Assembly (NCBI GenBank): GCA_964428195.1
Contig: CAYRXC010000020.1
Coordinates: forward strand, 1 to 15,191
DNA from: an uncultured Muribaculaceae bacterium
GTDB taxonomy: Bacteria > Bacillota_I > Bacilli_A > RF39 > UBA660
DNA length: 15,191 nt
Direction: 5' to 3'
This document shows, piece by piece, positions 1-7,680 of the stretch (position 1 is its first letter; each line of letters begins with the position of its first letter). The notes under the pieces were generated by a model, which was not told the DNA's origin, did no database searches, and was given only the letters and a program-made list of their open reading frames with translations. A program made the translations under genes and the position numbers.

Positions 1-19
1 GCTCCAATAATAATTAAGT

Positions 20-49
20 TGCTAACCCTAGTGGTTGGCATTTTTTTTT
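20..49 (+). terminator. Candidate rho-independent terminator for a + strand gene lying left of the window
   Basis: 8-bp stem tgctaacc (20-27) / ggttggca (33-40) with one G-U pair and a 5-nt loop ctagt, followed directly by a T9 run (41-49). Pairing is better in the + strand transcript (G-U) than in the - strand transcript (C-A mismatch). Reading frames 2 and 3 hit stop codons at 7-9 and 15-17 just upstream. Confidence 0.45.
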
Positions 50-121
50 ATATAAGTTGGCACACTCTTTCAAATATGAAAATGAACGAATAGAAAAAAA
101 TCATTTATGAGATGGATATCT

Positions 122-1363
122 CTAATGATTTCTATTACTTTTCAATAATTTTTTACTTTGAATTTGTGATCGATATATTTCATTAATATCAACAAAAATA
201 TAATTAATGTTTTTCACATTATCAATACTAAATTCAAATTGTTTACCAACTCTTGGATTGATAAAGTGATGTTCATAATCCCCAATAATAATCCATAAAA
301 TACCGGGACAATGTTCAGGAAAATTTCCATACCCATCTGTTATAATAATCTTATTGTCAACATTTTTTGAAAAACTATTAACCATTATGGAAAAATCAGT
401 TCCACAACGACCCTCGATTTTCAGTCTATCTATATCATCTTCAGTTTTTATTTGATTCCAACCATAAAACACTTGATCACAAAATCCAACTTTTATACAA
501 CTGCACAATAACATGTTTTTACATTCGCGTAGAACCGCTTTAATCAAATTAATACTCATTGATCCACTACTATCGATTACTATTTCGCTATCTGAAACGT
601 CTTCAATTGATTTAGTTTCTTTTTTTATAATACCATCCATTTGAATTTCAAAATAAGATGAAGAATCTTGTGGAGTATAAATACTTGATTCAAATAAATC
701 TTGCCATCTCAGTAGTGGAGAGGATCTTCCAACTGGAGCACTAGTAATCTCTTCTCCCTTTCCAAATATTTGACTCTTAGATTTATTGAATATACTTTCT
801 AGTTCACATTTATAATCTTCAAATAAATCTTGCTGTAATTTTTCATTATCTTCTAACAAATCAACAATGTTTTCAGAATATGAGCTTCTAATCATTTGCT
901 GTAACATTTCTGAAAGCTCACTTAAATCCATATGAAAAGTGTTTTCGCCCATCCACTGCTTTATAATTTTTAATTTTGGTAAATATTTCATATATAATTC
1001 ATCAACCGAATAATCAAGAGCATCTTCAATATTTACTAATCCTTCTGGCATAATCAATCCATTATGAACTAACAATTGATTAATAATTCCATCCTCTACA
1101 TAATTTAATAAATCTGGATCTTTCCCTTCATTTCTAAATAAATGGCTTAACACAATATGAAAAATTTCGTGTAATATTATGAACATTTTCTCATCATCAT
1201 TATAATTTTTTAAAAATTCATCTTTATAATAAATTCTTTTCCCATCAGTAAAGGCGGGGGCATTAACATTTTCACTTGTGTGTCTAAACTCTAAATTAAC
1301 AATAACATTTCCAAATAAAGGATATTTAAAAAGAATTTCTTTGATTATATTATTCAATTGCAT
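122..1363 (-). CDS. Two-domain protein: N-terminal zincin-like metallopeptidase (DUF2201_N type) plus C-terminal vWA-like domain (DUF2201 type)
   Basis: 413-aa ORF. HExxH motif HEIFH is encoded at 1157-1171, within FIILHEIFHIVLSHLFR, followed by LNYVEDGIINQLL, which resembles the family's downstream WN.A.D..iN segment. MIDAS-like DSSGS is encoded at 560-574, within VIDSSGSMS. The C-terminal pattern GRCGTDF...IIITDGYGNFP...ILWII is typical of the vWA-like half of this family. The ATG at 1361-1363 overlaps the upstream ATPase gene by 14 nt. Confidence 0.8.
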   Translation of the reverse strand: MQLNNIIKEILFKYPLFGNVIVNLEFRHTSENVNAPAFTDGKRIYYKDEFLKNYNDDEKMFIILHEIFHIVLSHLFRNEGKDPDLLNYVEDGIINQLLVHNGLIMPEGLVNIEDALDYSVDELYMKYLPKLKIIKQWMGENTFHMDLSELSEMLQQMIRSSYSENIVDLLEDNEKLQQDLFEDYKCELESIFNKSKSQIFGKGEEITSAPVGRSSPLLRWQDLFESSIYTPQDSSSYFEIQMDGIIKKETKSIEDVSDSEIVIDSSGSMSINLIKAVLRECKNMLLCSCIKVGFCDQVFYGWNQIKTEDDIDRLKIEGRCGTDFSIMVNSFSKNVDNKIIITDGYGNFPEHCPGILWIIIGDYEHHFINPRVGKQFEFSIDNVKNINYIFVDINEIYRSQIQSKKLLKSNRNH

Positions 1364-3188
1364 CTGGTACCAACTTTTTTACGTAAGAAGGATGTTTTTC
1401 TTTATATAGTTTCAGTATTCTTTGATCATAGCTTTTAGACCATTCATAATCAAACACAGCTAAAAATTCTTTTCCAAAGTTTTCTACAAAACTTCTTATT
1501 TTTTCAAAATGTTCATCATCAACAGTACTCAAACACAAAGCAGTAAACCATTTTATAGATGGATCTGTAGGAATTTGTTCCTTAGTACATCTATCATTTA
1601 TAATATCATCAATAGTAACTAATTGTAGCTTACAAAATTTAATAAAATCTTGAGTCATTTCCTCACCAATAAATGCACGAAGAACATTGGGATTATTACA
1701 TTGATACAAGGCTTTTGAAGCCATAGTCCATTTTCTTGGATCGCTGTTTGGTTTTATTCCATCATAAGGAGTTCTTAAAACTTTATCACCATTGATTGTT
1801 ATATAATCAATAATTGAGGGATGTATTTTTTTATTATCTTCTTGCTCCACATATTCTAAAACTCGACCTTCCTGTTTTCTTTTTAACGCCCATTTTAACC
1901 AATCGTTTGAATCAGTATCGAAATAAACATGAGCAAATCTACCAAATAGTGGTTCACTTAAACCACATGATGAACGCGATTCACTTGCTTCGTTACCCGC
2001 TCCGCAAACAACAGCGTTTTTTGGCAAATGTAATCTAAATCCGCTATTAGTAAGAGTCTTATTAAGTGCAACCTCAAACGCTACTTTCTGAACATCACTT
2101 TTTGCATTTGGTAATTCCTCAAAAAATAATATGTGAATCAATTCGGGATGTTCTTCACATTTTTTACAAAGATTTTTATACCAGTATGGTTCATAAAGAA
2201 ATAGTTCTTTAGAATTAAAATCCTTAGCAATAATTCCAGTAAAACCATCTGAACTAGTACAGCCAAAATCAATCAATTCTAAATCCTTGTCTAAAGATAT
2301 CATTCTTTCTGTTTTTCCAGTTCCAGTTTTTCCATGTAAAAATACCGCTATGTTACTTTTAATACAGACTTCTACGATTTCTTCTTCTGATAAACTACTA
2401 AAGTCAAAACCATATCTATTGCTTTCAATTTCTTCTTTTTCAAATGCAGAAGAAGGCTTTTTATGTTCTAATTCATCATTAATGCTCTTAAGAAAACCAT
2501 TATTCAAATATCTATTCAATTGACTATCAGAAAATTGAATATTACTATTATCAAAAGGTGAAGAAAGAACGCAAGGATAAGAATAGATAATGTTTTTATC
2601 AAAAACAAAAGGCACTTCTTCAACTTTAACATATATAATTTGATCTTTATTTGCAAATGTTCCATCTGATAACATTATTTTCCCAGCTTTATTTTGTATT
2701 TTTATAAATCTTATTCCTAATACTTCAAATTCTTCAAATAATTCATTATTTATATCATATTGTTTTCCTGTTTTAAACAATAATTTACTACGAGTTTGAA
2801 ACATTTTATCTATAGTTTTACCAACCATACCATTTATAGCTGTTTGCGGGAATTCTAAAACCATGTCATCAACTTGTGAATCTTTAAAATCTTCAATATC
2901 ACTTAAATTGACTACAATTCTAACCCCTCTTTTTTTATCATCGATATTCATACCATTTATGCATCCAGCTCTATTGATAGATTTTCTTGATCTCTGTTTT
3001 GGTTTGTTTTGAGATGGTAAACCATCAAACCAATACTCTCCAGTTCCTGTTGTTTCATCAAATGTATTACTTGTAATTCTTGCAAGATCAGAATATGTAC
3101 ACTCTAATCCTATGTTTTTTATAGTATCTAGTGCAAAATCACCACAAAGTTGTTCTTCGGTAAAAATGCCTATTTTTGTTATTTTCAT
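1350..3188 (-). CDS. MoxR/AAA_5-like AAA+ ATPase with an unassigned N-terminal module of about 290 aa and a C-terminal helical extension of about 200 aa
   Basis: Walker A HGKTGTGKT, with GKTGTGKT encoded at 2310-2333. Walker B-like HILFFEEL has EE in place of DE. Sensor-1-like VVCGAGNE and the MoxR-type PLFGRF arginine segment are present. I place the start at the ATG at 3186-3188 (MKITKIG...), because a GGGGGA Shine-Dalgarno (plus strand tccccc, 3194-3199) sits 5 nt upstream. The track's longer 630-aa version (to 3242) has no comparable RBS. Confidence 0.8.
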   Translation of the reverse strand: MKITKIGIFTEEQLCGDFALDTIKNIGLECTYSDLARITSNTFDETTGTGEYWFDGLPSQNKPKQRSRKSINRAGCINGMNIDDKKRGVRIVVNLSDIEDFKDSQVDDMVLEFPQTAINGMVGKTIDKMFQTRSKLLFKTGKQYDINNELFEEFEVLGIRFIKIQNKAGKIMLSDGTFANKDQIIYVKVEEVPFVFDKNIIYSYPCVLSSPFDNSNIQFSDSQLNRYLNNGFLKSINDELEHKKPSSAFEKEEIESNRYGFDFSSLSEEEIVEVCIKSNIAVFLHGKTGTGKTERMISLDKDLELIDFGCTSSDGFTGIIAKDFNSKELFLYEPYWYKNLCKKCEEHPELIHILFFEELPNAKSDVQKVAFEVALNKTLTNSGFRLHLPKNAVVCGAGNEASESRSSCGLSEPLFGRFAHVYFDTDSNDWLKWALKRKQEGRVLEYVEQEDNKKIHPSIIDYITINGDKVLRTPYDGIKPNSDPRKWTMASKALYQCNNPNVLRAFIGEEMTQDFIKFCKLQLVTIDDIINDRCTKEQIPTDPSIKWFTALCLSTVDDEHFEKIRSFVENFGKEFLAVFDYEWSKSYDQRILKLYKEKHPSYVKKLVPDAIE

Positions 3189-3270
3189 ATTAATCCCCCA
3201 TAAATTGTCAATTATGCTATCATAAATGCGTTTTTTTTTCAACTTAATACACTTTCATTAATTAAATTAT

Positions 3271-3299
3271 AAAAATCAATTCATATAGAATTGATTTTT
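3271..3299 (-). terminator. Hairpin terminator ending the NAD operon; potentially bidirectional
   Basis: Perfect 12-bp inverted repeat aaaaatcaattc (3271-3282) / gaattgattttt (3288-3299) with loop atata. A-run and T-run arms give a U-tract on either strand. It lies 36 nt past the nrtR stop (3335) and upstream of the ATPase gene start (3188). The stem is AT-rich with only 2 G-C pairs, so strength is uncertain. Confidence 0.6.
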
Positions 3300-3334
3300 T
3301 TATTTATTTAAAAGATTTTTAAAAAAAATATTGA

Positions 3335-4150
3335 TTAATGCTTATATTTAAATAATACAGAAGGTCTATGTCCTCCACCAGTTTTAATTTTATCTGTTGC
3401 TTTAACTTTATTTGCAATTATTCTTCTAAAAGCTGGATCTAATAATTTCCTTCCAAGTATTATTTCGTATACTTGTTGCAATTCTCCCAATGTGAAGAAT
3501 TCTGGCATCATATTAAAAACTATGTCTGTATATTCTAATTTGTTTTTTAATCTTGATATTCCTGATGCAATTACAATAGAGTGATCAAATGCAATATTAT
3601 TATTGCCTTCTTCAATATACTTGTATCTATCAGTTGTTTTTTCATAAAGTATTTTTTTTATTTTTAAATCAATTATTTCCTCTCCGTTATCAAGCTTAAT
3701 AAAAATATTGTTCTTATTTTCAGTATAGTTTATATTAAACCACGAAGCATTACTTGCAAGTTTTCCATTTAACTTTGTCTTGTCAATGAGAGCCATATAC
3801 GACGTACTAACTATTCTCATTCTAGGATCGCGATTTACTTCTCCAAAAGTATATAATTGTTCTAAATATAAATCTTTTAATTTCGTTTCATTTTCTAAAA
3901 TTCTTTTTGGAGCATCATCCAAGTTCTCATCTATTTTTATAAATCCCCCAGGTAAGCACCATTTATCTTTAAATGGATAATCATCCCTTTTTACTAATAA
4001 TACAGAAAAATACTTTTCATTAAGTTTTCTATAACTTTCTTTCTCTCCATTTGAAACACTAAATATAAGTATATCTGCAGTCATTGATAGTTTTTCATAT
4101 CTATTTGAATCATAAGCTTTTAGAAATTCTTCTTCATTTTTATAATTCAT
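3335..4150 (-). CDS. nrtR: NrtR-family Nudix-related transcriptional regulator of NAD metabolism: degenerate Nudix domain plus C-terminal winged helix
   Basis: 271 aa. The Nudix box is present but degenerate, G FIKID E NLDDAPK R ILENETKL versus canonical Gx5Ex7REUxEExGU (RE to RI, EE to NE, G to K). The C-terminal segment FTLGELQQVYEIILGRKLLDPAFRRII...HRPSVLFKY matches the NrtR wHTH pattern. It sits inside a NAD salvage cluster. RBS AAGGGG lies upstream of the ATG at 4148-4150. Confidence 0.85.
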   Translation of the reverse strand: MNYKNEEEFLKAYDSNRYEKLSMTADILIFSVSNGEKESYRKLNEKYFSVLLVKRDDYPFKDKWCLPGGFIKIDENLDDAPKRILENETKLKDLYLEQLYTFGEVNRDPRMRIVSTSYMALIDKTKLNGKLASNASWFNINYTENKNNIFIKLDNGEEIIDLKIKKILYEKTTDRYKYIEEGNNNIAFDHSIVIASGISRLKNKLEYTDIVFNMMPEFFTLGELQQVYEIILGRKLLDPAFRRIIANKVKATDKIKTGGGHRPSVLFKYKH

Positions 4151-4151
4151 A

Positions 4152-6143
4152 TTAACCCCTTTCTATTACTATTATACAAGTACTATTTGGCAGTTTTACT
4201 ATCTTCATATTTTCATCGTATATTGTGATTTTATTTAATAAATTCTCTTCATACCCACTTTGAAGGAAAGCTTTAAATTCAATGATTTTGGAATTTTGTA
4301 AATTATCTTCAATTAAATCAATATACTCAGAAGGTGTTAGGTATCCAAATTGTTCTTGTACTTCCAATGAGTATGAATTCTCTCCCCAAGTATAAGTATA
4401 CAAAAATTCCATAGCATCATTTACATACATTTTTACTTTGTTTTCATCTACTCTTTCATATGATATATTTCTACCTTTAAAATCTATGCAATAATTATCT
4501 AAAATATCGATATCACTTTTATTTTTAAACTCGATAACTCGATATTGATCTGTGGGTTCGGTTTTTATTCCATCTCTTATTATTATTCTTCCACCCTTTG
4601 GGATAATATTATATGCTGACTTAAGAGTTTTAATTACTGTATCGATATTGAATTTTTCTCCATTATATTCAATATATGAGAAAAGTTCATGTATTATCGA
4701 AGAATAGATAATTGTATCGATGCTTCCTTTATTGAAATACTTTTCTAAATATAGCGCATCTCCCTCTATAATTCCCCATTTTCTTTGTTCAACTGCTTTT
4801 CTCTTATTTAGTGCTTCTATAACATTTTTTGATATATCTATTCCGATTACATTTAAAGTATTATTCGATTCCTCAATTAAATCGAGCAATATCCCTCCGC
4901 CTGGGCCAACATCTAATACATTTTTTCCTACAATATAATCTAATAATATTTTTTTGTTATTAAATGATGCATTCATAACATTTAAGTAATTTATTTCATT
5001 ATAAAATCTATCATACTTATCCCTTCTAAATCCAAATAAGTCATATAGAATATATACTGCTTTGTTATATAAAGAATTACTTGTGTATGCAACCTCACAA
5101 AATTCAATTAGTTTTGAAGCTTGGATAGAAAATACAAAGTTAAATAAGAAAGTATTATTTTTATTAGTAATGTCAAATCTGATATGAGGATTAGTCTTAA
5201 TGTTACTATTTATTATATCTTCAAAGCTTAACTCTCCAAGCATATTTTCTATTATTCTTTTTTTATAAATATTTACTATCTTTTTTTCCTTATAATCAAA
5301 ATATATGTTTTTCATTAGTTTTTCAAAAGAAATGTGCCCTACTTCCTTAACATTTGCTGAAATATACAATAGTATTTTAGTTTTTTCTATTATACTAAAA
5401 TCCTTTAATGCTCCTTCATAATACCAAAGCTCTAAATTATTAAAAACTTTTAAGAGAGCGTCCTTAATGTATGATTTATCTATAATTTGGATTTCTTCAT
5501 CTGTTGCTCTTTTATTCAATCTTTTGAATCTTTTCATTACGTCTATTTTCTCTTCAAAATCATTATTAATTATTTTTTCAATCGAAGATAGTATTTCATC
5601 TTTGATAGATTCATATAATTTATCTGACACCGGTCTAATAACACATTCATTTAATACAATCAAGACTTCTTTAAGCAAATCTTTAGCAATCAAATTTCTT
5701 TCTATTAATAAATATAAATCTTTATTTATGCTTAGATTGACTTCTCCCCTTATATATTGACCAATTAAACCATGTGTTTTTATTAATACTCTTACAACTT
5801 CATCATAATCTTTATTTTCTAAGCAATATATTTGAGAAGATCCAATATTATGGACATTCATATCAAAACCATTTTTTATCCATTTTTTTCTATCAGCTTT
5901 TGACCCAGTCTTTGCAACTTCAGTCCATTTTAAAGTTTCGGCAACATAATAATACACTTTTCCAGTGGGTTTTATTTTTTCCAATACCTCAAAAGAATCA
6001 ACAACATAATTATATACTAAACTACTAGATAGTTCAGACAATGACTTAATTCTTTCATAATTATAATTCTTTTCTCTAGTGTTAACTAAGAAACCAATCC
6101 AGTTTAAATCAATCTTATTTTTTAAAGCTTCAAGTTCTTTCAT
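4152..6143 (-). CDS. Orphan 663-aa fusion: unassigned N-terminal region of about 400 aa, class I SAM-dependent methyltransferase core, and a C-terminal extension of about 100 aa
   Basis: SAM-binding motif I VLDVGPGGG is encoded at 4893-4919. It is followed by NVIGIDIS (motif II-like acidic residue) and IIYSSIIHE and GGRIIIRD, the usual Rossmann methyltransferase order. I recognise no family for residues 1-400. RBS AGAGG lies upstream of the ATG at 6141-6143. The stop is 1 nt from the nrtR ATG. Confidence 0.7.
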   Translation of the reverse strand: MKELEALKNKIDLNWIGFLVNTREKNYNYERIKSLSELSSSLVYNYVVDSFEVLEKIKPTGKVYYYVAETLKWTEVAKTGSKADRKKWIKNGFDMNVHNIGSSQIYCLENKDYDEVVRVLIKTHGLIGQYIRGEVNLSINKDLYLLIERNLIAKDLLKEVLIVLNECVIRPVSDKLYESIKDEILSSIEKIINNDFEEKIDVMKRFKRLNKRATDEEIQIIDKSYIKDALLKVFNNLELWYYEGALKDFSIIEKTKILLYISANVKEVGHISFEKLMKNIYFDYKEKKIVNIYKKRIIENMLGELSFEDIINSNIKTNPHIRFDITNKNNTFLFNFVFSIQASKLIEFCEVAYTSNSLYNKAVYILYDLFGFRRDKYDRFYNEINYLNVMNASFNNKKILLDYIVGKNVLDVGPGGGILLDLIEESNNTLNVIGIDISKNVIEALNKRKAVEQRKWGIIEGDALYLEKYFNKGSIDTIIYSSIIHELFSYIEYNGEKFNIDTVIKTLKSAYNIIPKGGRIIIRDGIKTEPTDQYRVIEFKNKSDIDILDNYCIDFKGRNISYERVDENKVKMYVNDAMEFLYTYTWGENSYSLEVQEQFGYLTPSEYIDLIEDNLQNSKIIEFKAFLQSGYEENLLNKITIYDENMKIVKLPNSTCIIVIERG

Positions 6144-6155
6144 ATTGACCTCTTT

Positions 6156-6623
6156 CTAAAATATTTTATCTTTGAATAACTCAATAATACTACTTAGAAT
6201 ATACTCTTTATTATCTTTTCTATTGTTATATTTGGCTTTTAATAATGAAGTAATATATGTATTCTTATCTCTATCATAAATGCATATAAATATATCATCA
6301 TCATTTCCAACTTCATTATTTTTATCAACTTTATTTAACTTTCCAGTTATTCCCAAACCATAATTTGAAAGGGTAAAATCAGAAATAGCTTTTGCCATTT
6401 CCTTTGCTGTTTCAATGCTGTAAACAGAATGCTTTTCTATAGTGTCCTTTGATACCCCAAACTTTATCTTATATTGATTGGAATATGCAACAATGCCAAA
6501 TTTAAAAACATCACTAGCGCCCTCTACATTTGTAATTGAATTAGCAATAAATCCCCCCGAACAAGATTCCATTGTTGAAATTGTGAGTTCATTCTTTTTT
6601 AAGAATTCAACTATTTCTTTCAT
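6156..6623 (-). CDS. pncC: Nicotinamide-mononucleotide amidohydrolase (stand-alone CinA C-terminal / PncC domain)
   Basis: 155 aa. STMESCSGGFIANSITNVEGASDVFKFGIVAYSNQYKIKFGV...YSIETAKEMA matches the CinA_C signature (ESCTGG...pG.S..f.gG.V.Ys...K...lgV). AGGAG RBS lies 6 nt before the ATG. Confidence 0.85.
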   Translation of the reverse strand: MKEIVEFLKKNELTISTMESCSGGFIANSITNVEGASDVFKFGIVAYSNQYKIKFGVSKDTIEKHSVYSIETAKEMAKAISDFTLSNYGLGITGKLNKVDKNNEVGNDDDIFICIYDRDKNTYITSLLKAKYNNRKDNKEYILSSIIELFKDKIF

Positions 6624-6630
6624 AATACTC

Positions 6631-7680
6631 CTACTTCCATATAGTATCTATATTAAACTTTTCTTTTATTATATTTTTCGATTCATTAAATCTCTCTAAG
6701 TAATTACCTTTTAAACTAATATATTTTATATTATGATTTTCTAATAATCTTTTAATTTGATTACTATATTTATTTCTATTATTATTTATTTTTTCATTTC
6801 TAGTGCCATCTTGAACAAATTCTACAGTTGGTTCTAGGAATAAAACCAAATCAAAGTCATTGATTGAAGAAATGGCATTTGCTAGTTTTTCACATTGTTG
6901 TTTTTCTTTTTTATCTTTTAATAGTAATTTTGAGTAAAAAAGAGTTGTAATTGCATCTGTATCAATAAAAAGCACCTTATTACTATTAAATACTGAATCG
7001 ATTTCCATAACTTTTTGTTTTAATAATATCTCTATTAAATCCTCTTTATTCATGAAATCTTCGCCGCCTGCTATATCGCATACATCTCTTCCCACTTCTT
7101 TAATAAAATTCGTGTTATATGCAATAGCCAAATTTTCTACTAAAGTTGTCTTTCCAGTACTCTCTCCTCCAACTACTAATACCTTTTTCACATAATATGG
7201 TCTACAAATAGGAGGTATATAATCCCAATTTTTATATACATCAAATCTTAATTCAGTAGAACTAATTGGAACTTCACTTCGATCAAAATATATTATATCA
7301 CTTTGATCTCCATATAAACTTTCAAATCTATTTGAACCTTTATAATCACTTCCACAAAATACAGCATCAATTTTTTTTCCAATTATTTTTTTTATGTCCT
7401 TTGCACCTTTTTCCCAATAATAATCAGTATTATAATCTTCCTTGCTTACCGCTTTATCTTCTAACATCTTTATTATAACATTATTTAAGTGTTTACAACT
7501 ATTATGCAACCATCTATATCTCATTTCTTTTGATGTAGATTCCCTTCCTTCGCACCAACTTATAACAACATAAAGAGTCTTGCACATAGAAGCTGCTCTT
7601 ATAACATCGTGAATATGGCCAATGTGTAAAGGATCAAATGAACCACCATACATTCCTATTTCATATATTTGATTTTTCAT
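6631..7680 (-). CDS. nadR: Bifunctional NadR-type NMN adenylyltransferase / ribosylnicotinamide kinase, with no N-terminal HTH
   Basis: Nucleotidyltransferase (H/T)xGH motif is present in GMYGGSFDPLHIGH, with ISSTELR later. A second domain carries the P-loop VVGGESTGKTTL. I place the start at the ATG at 7678-7680 (MKNQIYEIGMYGG) because GGAG lies 9 nt upstream. The track's longer start (7716) lies deep inside pnuC. The chosen start still overlaps the pnuC 3' end by 20 nt. Confidence 0.8.
   Translation of the reverse strand: MKNQIYEIGMYGGSFDPLHIGHIHDVIRAASMCKTLYVVISWCEGRESTSKEMRYRWLHNSCKHLNNVIIKMLEDKAVSKEDYNTDYYWEKGAKDIKKIIGKKIDAVFCGSDYKGSNRFESLYGDQSDIIYFDRSEVPISSTELRFDVYKNWDYIPPICRPYYVKKVLVVGGESTGKTTLVENLAIAYNTNFIKEVGRDVCDIAGGEDFMNKEDLIEILLKQKVMEIDSVFNSNKVLFIDTDAITTLFYSKLLLKDKKEKQQCEKLANAISSINDFDLVLFLEPTVEFVQDGTRNEKINNNRNKYSNQIKRLLENHNIKYISLKGNYLERFNESKNIIKEKFNIDTIWK

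Noticed and set aside
1-93. Frame-1 open reading frame from the window edge to the TAG at 91-93 (APIIIKLLTLVVGIFFYISWHTLSNMKMNE), possibly the tail of a membrane protein.
   Set aside because: It is too short and partial to support. It would place the hairpin and T9 terminator-like element (20-49) inside coding sequence. The alternative, a gene ending at 7-9 or 15-17 followed by that terminator, is at least as good. I leave it uncalled.
96-121. A possible terminator for the vWA gene: tcatttatga plus an A7/T7 run just past the stop at 122.
   Set aside because: The stem is only 4 bp with a 2-nt loop, which is not a credible hairpin. Termination of the cassette may instead use the 20-49 element in reverse, or a site outside the window.
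1350-3188. Reading the ATPase as a McrB-like GTPase of a McrBC restriction system (N-terminal target-binding domain plus AAA+ core).
   Set aside because: The partner gene is a zincin-vWA protein, not a McrC/PD-(D/E)xK nuclease. The PLFGRF segment and the pairing with vWA fit the MoxR/AAA_5 group better.
3189-3242. An 18-codon N-terminal extension of the ATPase ORF (MKKKRIYDSIIDNLWGIN).
   Set aside because: No RBS precedes the ATG at 3240-3242, whereas GGGGGA sits 5 nt before the internal ATG at 3186-3188. I also looked here for a promoter for the cassette. TTGAAA and CATAAT are about 20 nt apart and TATGAT only about 12 nt away, so the spacings are wrong and I make no promoter call.
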